Assembly (NCBI GenBank): GCA_951406725.2
Contig: OX597815.1
Span: forward strand, 184,078,001-184,142,000
Direction: 5' to 3'
DNA length: 64,000 bases
Source of the DNA: Octopus vulgaris
Lineage: Eukaryota
A program made the position numbers and the translations under genes. The notes beneath the pieces were generated by a model. It was not told the DNA's origin. It saw nothing but the letters and a program-made list of their open reading frames with translations, and did no database searches. Positions within the stretch are counted from its first letter, which is position 1; every line of letters begins with the position of its first letter. Positions 37,243 to 51,419 of the stretch are shown in pieces.

Positions 37243-37924
37243 AATAGGTGCAGGTGTGGCTGTGTGCTAAGAAGCATGTTTCCCCAACCACATGGTTCCG
37301 GCTTCAGTCCCACTGCATGGCGCCTTGGGCAATTGCCTTCTACTATAGCCCCGGGCCGACAGAGCTTCCTGAATGGAATCAGTAGACAGAAGCTGAAAGA
37401 AGCCCGTCGTATATATTTATATATTTATATGTGTACATATTAAATTAGAGAGAAAATCAGAACCAAGGCAGAAAGAATATCTCAAGTCATTGAGAATAAT
37501 TTAATTAGGGTAAGAAGAATTTGAAGTCTTACGGTTGTTTCTAGGATAGCCCACGTGGTTGGTTAGCATGTCTGTACACTGGGTATTCCGTCAGAGACAA
37601 GGCATGAATATTTTAGACGGGGAAAATTTACAGTTTACAAGAAATAAAATTCAAAGTCTATAAGGATTATAATAGAAGAATAAAGTGTAAAAGTATTCAG
37701 AAGAATATAAGCTGGGGAATAATGTTCACAACTCTGGTCGGTACTTCCATAAAGGTACAAGCTTTTAGTAAAAATCTCAGGTAAATCCATGCAATGTTTT
37801 AGCAATGTTCTGGATGATGTATTCATATTGTAAATTTGTATATATAGCAAGAATATACGATGGCCATGAGTGGGTATATTTGTGAGTATATTTGTGTATA
37901 TTTGTGAGTGGGTATATTAGAGAC

Positions 37925-37962
<38 letters not shown>

Positions 37963-38465
37963 GGATTAGAAACAAGGTACTGGTAAAAGGGAAAATAAGA
38001 ATAAAATAAAGAAAATAAAATAGTAATAATAAAAATATAAATGAAAATAATAATAAAAATAATAATAAAAATAATAAAATAGAAGACGAGATAATGACAG
38101 ATATATCCTAAATGGTTTTTGTGAGTGAGTGTGTATGAGAGAGGGAAGAATGAAATAAAGTAAGACAAAGGCAACGGGTAAAGAATAATAATAATGATAA
38201 TAATAATAAAAATAAAGAAGAATAGAATAAAAATAGTAGAGGTATATATGTATGTATTTGTGTGTCTGTGTTTGTCACGCCACCATCGCGTGACAACCGA
38301 TGTTGGTGTGTTAACGTCCCCATAACTTAGAGGTTCGGCAAACGAGTTCGATTGAATAAGTACTAACCTTACAAAGAATAAGCCCTGGGGTCCATTTGTT
38401 CGACTACAGGCCGTGATCCATCATAGCCAAAGTGAAATTACTGAAACAGGTTAAACAATAAAAGA
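37243..38465 (+). mobile_element. SINE family B split by an about 800-bp insertion in its TA tract
   Basis: Head 37243-37430, tail 38245-38465; insert carries an HHR-like motif at 37526-37598 (-). Confidence 0.8.
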
Positions 38466-39019
38466 ATCTATGTATATATTCACGTCAGAGTATCTAACTT
38501 TAGGTAGAGCGCGGTATCTTGGTGTAAATAGGGATATATGTGTTAGGAAAGTACTCATCTTAGATTAAACGGTGTTACAGCTAATATATGAGTACCCGTA
38601 AGTTGTAGGAGATAGTTTAAATCTAAAATATCGAAACCTAGCCCTTCTAAAAGTGGTTAACATGTATCCTAGGGACTGTGAATTTCTGAAAGACTTTCAC
38701 AAGTTCTTGTAGCCACTCAACAGATCCTCATCCGTCCCATTTCTTGATCCTATATCCTCGTCTCAGAATTGCCATAACTGTTTACTTAGCTTTCATAAAA
38801 GCAGCATGGAATATAACTTGCATCTCCACACTCCGCAGTTCATCATTGCAGTAATTCACACGGACAAGGTCACAATGTTAACCTAAACAGGTATTTATTT
38901 TATTTCTATGTCTTATACTATTATTTCTTCTTGAAGGGAGACGTGTATTTAAAATATCAAGGCCATTAAACATGTTTTACAATCAATAACATTCGTCATG
39001 TCTCTCAGTCTTTGGCCTT

Positions 39020-39370
39020 CACCATGATGGATCGCTAGCCACTACACATTCTTTATTTTCTCTCCTTGTTTCTTTCTGTGTTTTTTTTTTTGTGGAAGAG
39101 CGTAGGCTCGAAACGTTAAAGACTTTTTCCCGAGCGTTATATTAATACATCTATTTGTTGTCTACACAACGTGTCCTCGTCTTTTGTTTTTGTGAATTCT
39201 CCCTATATTTATAATCGTCTCCCCTTGTTTATTTCTGTATTCCTTTCTGTCGAAGAGTGTAGGCTCGAAACGTAAAAAAACTTTCTCACTTGCTCAGCAT
39301 TAAACTGAAATATCTATTTGTTATTTACACACCCGTCTTCGTCTTTTGTTTCTGGTAAATTCTCACTATA
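39020..39370 (+). mobile_element. Tandem dimer of HHR-bearing repeat family E (157-bp period)
   Basis: Units near 39055-39210 and 39218-39370, each with gaagagYgtaggctcgaaacgtW; homologue at 46100-46300. Confidence 0.8.
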
Positions 39371-40766
39371 TATATATATGTACTTTAGATATAATATATG
39401 GTTTATTACCATATCTTATTCTTTATCTTTTTCATTTTTATAATAACTTCTATAAATATACTACTTTCCCCACCTTTGTAAAGTTCTATACTATATTCTT
39501 TTTACAAACGTTTACTAGTTAGTGGATTTGCTCCCTACACTCAACACACAATAATATGAAAATGTAAGAGTACATATTTTTCCGCCTTCGATGAGATTCA
39601 AATTTAAAATGTTTTTAATTATACTAATTAATTTCTAAAGTCTTGAACTGAAACTGCTGTCAGAGATGATGTCCGCTTTTGTAATTAATAAATAATTATT
39701 AATTTAATTTTCTCTATTTTCTTATTTTCTTTAAAATATGTATAAACCCCGGTTCATCCAATTACCTTACAGCTGAATACTAAATATAATATTCAATACT
39801 TTTTATAATAGGTAATAAACCAGGATATTAATTGGATATCATTATCGATTAATGAGGTTTTTAACCTTTAAATGAACTTACTTATATATATTTATAAATA
39901 CTTAACTCCTTACTATTTTCGAAATCAGTCATTGTTTCCTATAGTGATCTCTATAAGACGGACACGGTGAGTTCAGATTTTAACCCCCGGCGACTGAGTT
40001 ATGGGTCACTAGTAAAAAGTAATTAGATCTGAAATCAGCACTGGTATGGTTCCATCTCGCTTGCCGTAGGGAACATATCTCCCCTGTCAGTCGTTCGAAA
40101 AGTGCTCTCACGTGGCTAAGAGTTGTTCTGACTCTTATTTCTAGCAATCCTGGTGCTGACTACCCACCTCCGTCCTTTCAGTTATGAATATAACTTTTGC
40201 TTTTCTGTCGTAGAGAGAGAATAACCACCTTAATAATATATATACGTTCTTTTTATTCTTTTTCTCTCTCTTATTCTTTTACATTCTTTTCTCCCACTAT
40301 TCTATCCTATTACTCTGTCATTCTCTCTTCCTCACTCCTCCTGCCTTGCTCACGTGGATCCCCTGTGACCATCGGCCAGCATTCTCTCCGTTGTATCTAG
40401 ACAAGGAAGACGTCTTCTTGTCTGTCTCCTGTCTAAGCTTGATTTACGCGTTCGCCACAACAACCTCGTTTAGGCTTAGCAGCTCTTCCTGTTTGTTTTC
40501 ACAGTCCTGTTTGTGTTACCAATTTTTGACCCTACGCAAAATCTCAAATTTTATTTAATTTGCTTTGCGGGAGCAACTGTTTTTTCGAAAGCGTATATTG
40601 TTGTTAATACGAGACTAGAAAAACAGCTAACAACTGATGAAGGGTCGTTCTTTATGTTATTTGTTTTGTTTTCCATTCGGGACTTTCGTCGTTTGAAAGT
40701 ATATTTCATGTTCCATGTACTCCTGCTTCTTACTTTTTGTTGTAAACTTTTCGTGACGTCCTATGT

Positions 40767-40800
<34 letters not shown>

Positions 40801-40833
40801 GTATAGATGTATGTACATATACGTATGTATATA

Positions 40834-40870
<37 letters not shown>

Positions 40871-40886
40871 TATTTTATATATACAT

Positions 40887-41262
40887 ATAGGCACAGGAGT
40901 GGCTGTGTGGTAAGTAGCTTGCTAACCAACCACATGGTTCAGTCCCACTGCGTGGCATCTTGGGCAAGTGTCTTCTGCTATAGCCCCGGGCCGACCAATA
41001 CCATGTGAGTGGATTTGGTAGACGGAAACTGAAAGAAGCCTGACGGATATATGTATATATATGTATGTATGTGTGTGTATGTGTTTGTGTGTCTGTGTTT
41101 GTCCCCCTAGTATTGACAACCGATGCTGGTGTGTTTACGTCCTCGGCAAAAGAGACCGATAGAATAAGTACTGGACTTATAAAGAATAAGTCTCAGGGTC
41201 GATTTGCGCGATTAAAGGCTCCAGCATGGCCGCAGTCAAATGACTGAAACAAGTAAAAGAGT
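40887..41262 (+). mobile_element. SINE family B, near full-length
   Basis: ggcacaggagtggctgtgtggtaag...ttgggcaagtgtc (CORE-like)...ccagcatggccgcagtcaaatgactgaaacaagtaaaaga. Confidence 0.9.
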
Positions 41263-41279
41263 AACGAGTAAATGTATAT

Positions 41280-41412
<133 letters not shown>

Positions 41413-41719
41413 ATTTCTCTCTCCCTCTCTATCTATCTATAAATATATATCTGGGCATAAATACATATTTATAATAACTAAATTGTCAAATTACTTCAAA
41501 AATCTCGTGTATATAAAATGAAATATTCTACGTGAAACCTGGCCACTCATAAATAAAGGCTGCCATGTCCGATGACCAGTATAATTTATCATACATAGCA
41601 TATCTTTGTATTGGTGATATTCAAAACTAATTCGTACACATAGTTTCACCATGTTGCAGTTCATTGTGACAGGTGCGAAGAAGTTCAACAAGCGTCGTCA
41701 AAAAATCGCCGCCTTCTAA

Positions 41720-41956
41720 TACCTATTCCTTTACTGCCCACAAGGGGCTAAACACAGAGAGGACAAACAAGGACAGACAAACGGATTAAGTCGATTATAT
41801 CGACCCCAGTGCGTAACTGGTACTTAATTTATCGACCCCGAAAGGATGAAAGACAAAGTTGACCTCGGCGGAATTTGAACTCAGAACGTAACGGCAGACG
41901 AAATACCGCTAAGCATTTCGCCCCGCGGGCTAACGTTTCTGCCAGCTCGCCGCCTT
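41720..41956 (-). mobile_element. SINE family A, full-length
   Basis: Near-consensus copy. Confidence 0.9.
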
Positions 41957-42149
41957 GACGAATACGGCTTAATGCAAAACCTTCATCGTCATAAACCTTT
42001 GTTCCTAATTATTTTTTCTGTTTTGCTACAGCAATCCGGCATATTGCATAGAATAAGATTTGAGACGCAGATTTACCCGGTAGAGTATGTAATTTTAAAA
42101 AAAAAACTCTTCACGATTTTGAGAGAGAAAGAAAAATAAAAAGGAAAGA

Positions 42150-42930
42150 AAAAGAAAAGAAAGAGTGCACTGTCACATTCAAATTTGAAGTGATTGAAGC
42201 AATTACAGAAACAGTATTTCTGTTTCGAAGAAATTTTTGAGAGTTTGCATGACTGGTGTCACTAAATTAAAAGCGAATATTTTCTTTGGTGCTTTATTTT
42301 AAGATAACAAAAATAAGACCATAGAGACATTTGTAGAACGAATTGTTTTATCCGTGCGATCGCAAAGCTGGACGGATAACGGTAAATGTAAAAAAAAATT
42401 ATAAAAACACAACATATAAAGCAATTTCTCATTTACAACTTAGTGAACTTCATTGAAAAATTCAGCAGGAAATCAGTTTTCTTCTCTGGAATCAGTTTGA
42501 TTCTCATTTGCAGAAGAGTTTTGATGATATTATTCAATCACAGCACACAGAGGTAATTTCTAGAGGACTTGAAATGATATACAACCGATTCTATTTAAGG
42601 ACATGATATGTTAAATTTAGTCACTCTTTGTGTGATAGTAAAATTAAATATAAATGAAATGATGCATTGTGTCGACTTCTTCAAAGAGTCCGATTCTGGA
42701 ATGGATCGTTAATTCTTGAAAGGAAATAGAAGTTGACAACATTATCAAGCCATCGAAAAATGTAGAGTTCTAACTGTAGTCGGGCATAGAAGACATAAGA
42801 TAATGATTACGAAGGGGAAAAAGTTAGTGAAGAACCTATAATTACGTAAAACAATTTTAGAGATGATTCGCGCGATGATTAGAGACGATTCGCCCTGATG
42901 AATATGAACGTTTATTTGGTTTTGAAGGTG
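42150..42930 (+). pseudogene. Ancient pogo/Tc2-type DDE transposase remnant
   Basis: Eroded motifs in the expected order: QSWTD, LLWNQFDSHL, VISRGL..IQP, ILEWIVNS*KEIEVDNIIK. Confidence 0.6.
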
Positions 42931-43337
42931 ATAATAAACAGAGTGATTTACAGGATTTTAATGAATTTTGTCTTTGAAACATCTAAGATTTAATATGTAA
43001 TTGTAATGTAAAGTCAAATTTTAATTCCACCTCAGTTATGCATGCATAAATAAAACTTAAGAAATCATTTTTATTCTCTGTATTTAGCAATTTAGATTTA
43101 ATATTCATAGCCTCAATTTGCATTGAATTGCTTAATTATGTAAAAAGAAAATTAGCACTGATATATTGTAATGTGATGAGTATAACTTTGGTGTAGGTAA
43201 TCGATCAAGTCTGGCTAATAAACATAAAACAGCAAGTATAAATATACAGAAGAGCTTTTGAGCTTCTTAACCTTCGTAGGGGCCCTACTCAGATAGGTAT
43301 GTATGATAATTTGTAGTATTTCAGAATCAAGGCGTAA

Positions 43338-43950
43338 GGCGGCGAGTTGGTAGAAACGTTAGCACGCCGGGCGAAATGCTTAGCGGTATTTCGTCTGCCG
43401 TTACGTTCTGAGTCCAAATTCTGCCGAGGTCGACTTTGCCTTTCATCCTTTCGGGATCCATTAAATAAGTACCAGTTACGCACACTGGGGTCGATGTAAT
43501 CAACTTAATCCGTTTGTCTGTCCTTGTTTGTCCTCTCTGTGTTTAGCCCCTTGTGGGTAGTAAAGAAATAGGTATTTCGTTTGCCGTTACGTTCTGAGTT
43601 CAAATTCCGCCGAGGTCGACTTTGCCTTTCATCCTTTGGGCTCGATAAGTATCAGTTACGCACTGGGGTCGATGTAATCGACTTAATTCCTTTGTCTGTC
43701 TTTGTTTGTTCCCTTTATGTTTAGCCCCTTGTGGGTAATAAAGACATAAGAATCGTTAGAACACCGAACAAAATGCTTAACGGCATTTCGTCCGTCTTTA
43801 CGTTCTGAGTTCAAATTCCACCGAGGTCAAATTTGCCTTTATCCTTTCGAGGTTTTTAAAATAAATGCCAGTTGATCACTAGTATCGATGTAATCGACTT
43901 ACTCTTTTTCTCTAAATTGCAGGCTTTTTGCTAATATTTAAAACCATTAT
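43338..43950 (+). mobile_element. Tandem array of three SINE family A units
   Basis: Units begin near 43338, 43571 and 43750. Confidence 0.9.
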
Positions 43951-44726
43951 TAATTCAAGGTCAACGAGTTAGCAGAGTCACTAAAAGTTTGAGTAGTATG
44001 CCACTAGTTGTTAGTTCTAATTGTTTGTGCTCCCAGTTCAAACCCTGGCGAGGTCATATCTGCCTTGAAATAGTGTTTATGGTTTATTTCTCTGTCGTTT
44101 CACTCGAACTTTGAAAACTAACAAAAATACGCTGGTTTCTTCCGCTCTTTGTCGAGATTCTCAATGAAAGTTTTAAAAGTAAAAACGTACATTTAATATA
44201 TAAGAAAACATAAATGTTGATCCAGCGTAAGCATTTCGCGCCACTGACGACTATTTATGGCGACTATTGTTTGGTTTTCAGGCAGAAGGGATCAATAGTC
44301 TCACTGTTGATATAGTAAGTTTCTGAAAGAGCAACTAGTTCACGATTGTCAGTATAAAGTAAATTTTCGACTATGTAGCAAATGCTTTAGCTCTCCCTTG
44401 AAACACCGCAAATAAACGAACCTTGTCAATACCACAAAGCCGAAGACTTACCACAGGGACTTATAACAAACAGCTGCTGGAAGTGATATATTACCATTGC
44501 TATATATATTTACTTTTTGCGCCATCAAATCTTAACATTTGGATGGGTAACCCATAGGGGAAATCTAGAATGCAATATAAATTGTTTTCCTGTTGTGTGG
44601 AAAGCCCCCGCAAGATCAATAACTAAATGTACAAGCTCAGCACGCCATTCAATATTTCTATTGAAATTGCTTTGCTGTAAAATCATGTCTCTTATCACTC
44701 TTGCTTGTCTAAAGAGTTTCCAGTAT

Positions 44727-44797
44727 GAGAGATGGACACATGTGTGAGAGATGGACACATGTGTGAGAGATGGACACATGTGTGAGAGATGGACACA
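44727..44797. repeat. 19-bp tandem repeat, about 3.7 copies
   Basis: Unit gagagatggacacatgtgt. Confidence 0.9.
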
Positions 44798-45289
44798 AAG
44801 TTCTATAAGCTGTTTGTGTTGATTATGTAAGGTATGCGGTGTGTTATTTTTACAGGGTTCGTTGCGTTTCGCAAAGTAACTTTTATCGAGCTCCTACATT
44901 CGAAACTTGCAGAGCTGAAACACCCAGCTAAATCCCACCGATTCTAAACTGCACGCATCATTAAATCATACATATTTAGGTTTAATATTTCATTACAGTT
45001 CAGTGATTAGAATATCTATTATAGAAATTGTCATCGAAAATACTGGGAAAATGTATACAGATGTCTATTTAATTGTGGGTCATACTTCAAAATGCTTGAA
45101 AAGTTTAAGAGCGCAAACCTAATATAGCATCATATAACAGTGTGTTCGCTGAACTTAGTTACGTAACAAGAGACAAAATAATAGAACAGCTTCGCAACGA
45201 TGTCAGTGGGTTATGTAATGAATCGCATTGGCTACTGGAATTCGTTTTTCAAATATGATATGAAGTCTCAATATTGATCAATCATACTG

Positions 45290-45497
45290 GAGGTGGTGAG
45301 CTGGCAGAAATGTTAGCACGCCGGGAGAAATGAGTAGCCGTATTATGTCTGCCGAGGTCGACTTTGCCTTTCATCCTTTCGGGGTCGATAAATTAAGTAC
45401 CAGTTACGCACTGGGGTCGATATAATCGACTTAATCCGTTTGTCTGTCCTTGTTTGTCCCCTCTATGTTTAACCCCTTGTGGGTAGTAAAGAAATAC
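45290..45497 (+). mobile_element. SINE family A with internal deletion of the B box
   Basis: tctgccgaggtc joins two gccg microhomologies. Confidence 0.85.
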
Positions 45498-46099
45498 ATA
45501 CTGGGGGTTCCATTGGTTGTATAATACATTGTTATGGATAGAATATTGTTGTCAGAAAAAAAGAACGTATGGAGATAATTATTGTCTCAATTTAAGGATC
45601 TGTCATTTGATTTTCAGTAAATGTTTTTCTTCCTAAAACGCATACTTATCCAGATATCTCGCATGTAGCAATGGTCATGCACCACTGTTATAAACGATGC
45701 ATTTATTCAGCTGTATCAACTAATTACCTTCACATGACTATACAGTTACCTGATTTGAATATGTAAGTACTTCATTTACCTTTCGATGGTTTAAGCTCTT
45801 TAAGGAACAATTTTTAACACATCACTTGCACTTTTCGGCGTTAGAGTTAACAACACGTAACACGGCACGAGTATCAAGATATATTCACCTATAGTATGCC
45901 TGCGTGTGAATTTAGATCTGTTAAATAAGGCTAACCGAAGTTAATTGGTTGATATTAATAATCAGCAACGAAATTTTGATATTGCTTTTCTGAATACTGC
46001 TTTGACGATCTTCAGATAGGCAAAATATCTCGTAGCTTTGTCACTGATGTTTCGTAAATAGCAACATTGCTTTAACCGATTCAATCCTTCATATCAGAG

Positions 46100-46300
46100 T
46101 CGCCATGATAGATTGTTTGCCACTACACACATTTTTTCTCTCCTTGTTTCTCTCTTTGTTTTTTCTGTGTCCCTTTCTGTAGAAGAGCGTAGGCTCGAAA
46201 CGTAAAAGACTTTTTCTATTCTGAGCGTTATACTAATACATCTGTTTGTTTTGTACACCACTCGCCTTCGTCTTTTGTTTTGTTCGTAAACCCTCCCTTC
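46100..46300 (+). mobile_element. Family E monomer with minimal HHR motif at 46173-46208
   Basis: CUUU-CUGUAGA-A-GAGC(guag)GCUC-GAAA-CG-UA-AAAG. Confidence 0.75.
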
Positions 46301-47209
46301 ATATCAGAATGCCTGGCTGCACATAAAGCACATTTGAAAACGAGGTGCATGTTGTCGATGGTTGAATAAATTCTAATGCAAGCTTTTCGAATGAATAGTG
46401 GTGACAAGTATTTTTGGACATTTTGAGAAAACACTATAAAAGATTAGATATTCATGAATTCTGTGTATAAACAGAACGACATAGAAGCTCATGGGTAAAG
46501 AGGAATTTTCAATGTTTTCTTATCTTGTCTGGCAGTTTTGTCGGCCTCGATTTCAGTTTAAGGGAGTAGATCTATGAGAGGAAAAATACATCCCTCTGCA
46601 TGCAGTAAGTTTTCTGTTTTCCATAAGATTGACTCAACCAATGTCACTGATTGACACCAGCACTACATGTCCAATAATTCGTGATTATCATTGTTAATTT
46701 TAGCAGAATGTTCAATTATTCTTGATGAATTCATTGTTGCTTCTGCGATTGAAGAAAATTTATGGATGTTAGATCAAACGTTCATCTAATATTTCAATGT
46801 AGAAAGGATGGATCTCGCTTTTAAAACCAACTAAAAACAAATTAACATACTTCGGTTCTGTTAGACTTCATTATCGAAGCAAAGTCTGTTCGGCTGGCAA
46901 AACCTGGAATTAATCAATTTGTATAGAAATGGAAGAAACCAGTGAATGTAGTAATTTAATATCAGGATTGAGGGCAGAAAAAACAGAGGTAAAATTTTGT
47001 TTGCTAAATACACCATAGCACAAAGGTTTGCTATGTAGCTCATTAAAAACATATATCCTACATAATTACAATTTGAGAAAACAATAAAAGATTACATAAT
47101 TACAATTGGGATGAACTAATCCGTTTGCTATATATCTATATAGGTGCATTCTGGAATCCTGCAAGCACTTCTCGTACTGTTGGGGCCGTCTAAATAGGGT
47201 TTTTTTTTA

Positions 47210-47650
47210 ATGATTTTCATCATACTCTCCTGTCGCTTATCCTAATGCATGAAAAACATTCTATCAAGATAGAATTCAAGATCACAACATATATGTACAC
47301 TGCAACATAATTTCTTTTCCTCAACAGGCCCTGCCCTATTTAACATTGTCCCGAGGGAGATCAAAGAGGAAAAGGATCCCATCAACTTTAAACGGAGTCC
47401 GGATAGATTCCTTCAAAGAATACCAGATAAGCCACCCATAATTGGATACAACTCACCCAACAAGAACTCACTACTTGAACAAAACTTGATACAACTCACC
47501 CAACAAGAACTCACTACTTGAAGAAAACTTGACTTAAACAAAACTTGACTTAAACAGGATTCGAATAATCCTATCAGGTGTTGCTATTAAGTTAGACATG
47601 GCCTAAAGCAATCTTTGGTCGAAACATATCTAAGTTTATCTAAGTTATCA
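47210..47650 (+). mobile_element. 3' end of a CR1/L2-group LINE
   Basis: GPALFNIVPREIKEEKDPINFKRSPDRFLQRIPDKP..GYNS..KNSLLE C-terminal motif; short tandem-repeat tail atctaagttt. Confidence 0.7.
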
Positions 47651-48264
47651 TCCCTCTGAAATGGCATTCCTGTCTCTTCCTATTACTAAATCGTCACCAC
47701 ATGATTCCTACAAGAATGGTAGAGTCTGGTTACCCTGCTGCAGTCGGGGAATAAACTATTTATCTGATAACTTCTACATCGTTGCTGCTCACATCCATCA
47801 CCACCAACTTAGTGTCCCAACGTAGAAAGTTTGGCCGTACCTCGTGAAGAAGATTTTCTGAAACGTTACTTCTACTCGTCGCTCTCTTTTCGCTGATTAC
47901 AAGATCCTTGTTATTCCGTAGTCGAATAAGATGATTGGAAGCACCTATCATGATTCGAGTTGTTAGCTGCACATATCGGGAAATAACTGATGGCTTCCAA
48001 GAGTTTAACTGGAGACATTGTGCGAGTAACTTCGTTTCCTGTGTACTCCCAAGTCATCATCCTATTATCAGTGTCTCGATGTTGATTAGAGAATAGCGAG
48101 TCAGGTCTTTTATATCGGTGTCGAAGAGGAACTGTTAATCCGGTCGTGATACTGAGAAGAGACATGGTCAAATAGGAGCCCAATAAACGTTGAGCCATAT
48201 CTCTGCTAAATGTAAGTAAAAAAGTAAGAACTAAAGTTTTAGTGAAGTGGTTGTTTCTCATTGT

Positions 48265-48493
48265 CGAACTGGCAGAATCGTTAGCACGGCGGGCGATATG
48301 CTTAACAGTATTTCGTCTGCCGCTACGTTCTGAGTTCAAATTCCGCCAAGGTCGACTTTGCTTTTCATCCTTTCGGGATCGATTAAATAAGTACCAGTTA
48401 CGCACTGGGGTCGATATAATCGACTTAATCCGTTTGTCTGTCCTTGTTTGTCCCCTCTGTGTTTAGCCCCTTGTGGGTAGTAAAGAAATAGGT
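48265..48493 (+). mobile_element. SINE family A
   Basis: Near-consensus copy. Confidence 0.88.
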
Positions 48494-48787
48494 TGTTGCT
48501 CATTGTCGGCAGTCTCATTAATGATGCTCAAACATCTGCCGTCCTCCTAGGAGCTGTTTGTAGGGTCTGGATGTTTGCAAAATACAGTGACTCCTGGCTG
48601 GTGATGAAAGTGAAGTGGCACTGAATGGGAACCTTTCCAATCAAGTACGCGGTCCATCAGAACTGTCTCCTCTAGTCACTTCTTTATTCACTGACTCTGG
48701 AGGCACTACGGCGGAAACTGGAGATTTTGAGGGGTATCACAAGCTCACTAGAATGTCAACATAAGCAGATGATGTCACTGTCGTCAT

Positions 48788-48829
<42 letters not shown>

Positions 48830-49089
48830 CACTATCACCACCACTACTACTACTAACATCAATAATAAAAATGTTTGCACAAGGCCGGCAACTTAAGGGG
48901 AGTGGTACATCTACCCAATGCTCAACTGGTAGTTATTGTATCACTTCTGAAACAATGAACTCAGGAATGGAAAATGGTCCTAGAAAGATAATAAAAAAGT
49001 TCTTAAGGCCTTCTATCATGTAATGTATTTTCCTACAAATAAAACAAGTGCTGACCCAGCTTACTTAAAACAGAGCGCGAAGAATCCTG

Positions 49090-51020
49090 AAATAAGATGT
49101 TGAAATAAGATCCTGAAATAAGAAGCTAACGCCCGAAGGAAAATTATAAAAAAGAATTTACCGACTGACTTGGAGATTGATTCTATCAGACAAACAGTAA
49201 GAGATAAAGAGAACAAGGATGAAATCAAAGAAGACGCTTATTAAGAAATAGTTACAGACCAATCCATGCCTGACGAAAATGCAATAATGATAGAAAGACT
49301 AAATGTAACTGGTAAGTAAAATGAAACGCCTTTCTGAACCAATCATAAATATCAAACAAGATGAAAGTCAAATAGATGTTAGAAGTCATATAGAAATTAA
49401 CCAAATTGAACTCGCTTCTCTAAAGAATTAAATCGTGATAAAATGACTGAAAGTTAAGGATGCCAATATGGATGAATGTGACGATCTCCCAAAAATTCGC
49501 AACTCTAATGAAAACCTGAAAGTAACTGGTGAAATCCTTATTGCCTTCAAAGATATAATTTCAGCGAATTATATTGATATTATAGAACTCATCCACCTTT
49601 ATTATACATCTGCAAAAGATCGCAACGAATCTATGTGGTGAAAAAAGGAAAGAAAACGCGAAAGCATTCCAACAAAAAAGTTTATTTGGCAAGAACAAAT
49701 TCATCGATACGTTCAGTTTCTTGAAGTTTATATGGAATATTTAAGTCTGACAAGAAAACCAAAGCAAAGGGATAATTAAAAGAATGTATAAGAAATCCAT
49801 ACTTCACATCGATACCATTATAGAATCTATCAAGCAAAAGGTGTTTGCTAAAGCTACCCGCATGGTATGTTATGAAAAGTGCATTAGGTTCTTCAAGGAC
49901 ACCAACATTTTCAAAAATAATCCAAAAGATGTTTACAGGAAAATAGGGGCAACATTATTTGCAGTAAAATATGTTCCAACAAAAAAGTGCAGGAATTTTG
50001 AAGTAAAATCTGGGCAGATTATCGTCAGCTGATATTCAACTCACATTTAAAAGCAAAAATTGGAGGGTGTCAAGGAAGTGGATGTAAGATGAGCTCAGAG
50101 AAAATCAAATAAATGAATGTCTCCAGGAAATAATGAAGTTCCTAAGCTTTGGTTGAAATTTTTTTTTATTTTGTCAGAAAGGGATGAACTACTGACGAGA
50201 TTCTAGAACAATGCTTTGCAGCAACCTAATATGGTGCCCTCTTGGTTAATTAACGGTGTTACATATGGACTCTCGAAAAATGAAGAAACAAATGAACTTA
50301 TAAACAATTGACATATAACCTGCTTAACAACGATGTATAAGAAATTACTATCTGTCTTGAACAAATGTACATGACAGAAAATGACATTTTCCCTAATGAG
50401 CAAAAAAGCTGTAAGCATGGAACCTATGGTCGCAAAGATCAGCTTCTCATCAATAACATGATGGTAGGAGATTCTCACTAAGATCACAAAAACCTATCAA
50501 GTGTCTGGACACACTATAAAGAGCTTTTGATAATCTACCACATAGATGAATTAAGGAATGTGTAGGAACTTATAAAATTGCACTTACTTTACAAACCTTA
50601 TCTGTAAGTTTGAAATGCTGGAAAAAGGCACTGATTTTCAGTACTGAGAATGAATATTTGAATGCTAGCCATGTTAAAATTTCGTATGTTATCATGTTTT
50701 GTTTTCCAGGATAACTCTCTACCATCATTCCTCTTTTGTCTAGCTCTGTAACCGCCTTCTAAATAGCACAATGAAGCGCAATGGGATTATCAAATTTCTA
50801 ATAAGCTGTAAATCATATTTTTTATGTGGATGATTTAAAGCTCCTTGCAAAAAATGACCAATAGCTACAAAGTTTATCAACATTCTAGTGGCGACACCTG
50901 GATGAAATTTGGCTTCGATAAGTGCGCAAAATTTAGCTTCATCAGATCGAAACTGGTAGAAATATTCAATGTCGACCTTGACAAATAGACTCTTATTAGA
51001 GAGCAAGAACCGGATGAGGG
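49090..51020 (+). mobile_element. Decayed R4/Dong-type LINE RT region
   Basis: WLINGVTY, ITCLTTMYK, EQKSCKHGTYGRKDQLLINNM, HIFYVDDLK, MKFGFDKCA. Confidence 0.8.
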
Positions 51021-51024
51021 TTAC

Positions 51025-51263
51025 AATACCCATTTCTTTATTACCCACAGGGGGCTAAACACAGAGGGGCTAAACAAGGACAGACATAGGTATTAAGTCG
51101 ATTACATCGACCCCAGTGCGTAATTGGTACTTAATTTATCGACCCCGAAACGATGAAAGGCAAAGTCGACCTCGGCGGAATTTGAACTCACAACGTAACG
51201 GCAGACGAAATACTGCTAAGCATTTCGCCCGGCGTGCTAACGTTTCTGCCAGCTCGCCGCCTT
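51025..51263 (-). mobile_element. SINE family A, full-length
   Basis: Near-consensus; ttacaataccc appears on both flanks (51021-51031, 51262-51272), a probable target duplication. Confidence 0.9.
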
Positions 51264-51419
51264 ACAATACCCGTCGATGGTTACAATACCCGTCGATAGA
51301 ATCAAACACTCGTCGACAATGGAAAAGATCAGAAAGATCAGAAGTTTTGGTTCAGCAACCTAAACTTCATAACCCTCATCATGAGTGCTGAAATGTCAAA
51401 TAAAAATAGAAATTAGAGT

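Noticed and set aside
40630-40700. ctgatgaaggg motif (also 57810-57825 on the minus strand) as a hammerhead
   Set aside because: No closing stem II, GAAA and stem I partner in register, although the two loci look related.
42514-42552. Short exon-like segment with cag acceptor and gtaatt donor
   Set aside because: Lies within the decayed pogo-type transposase remnant.
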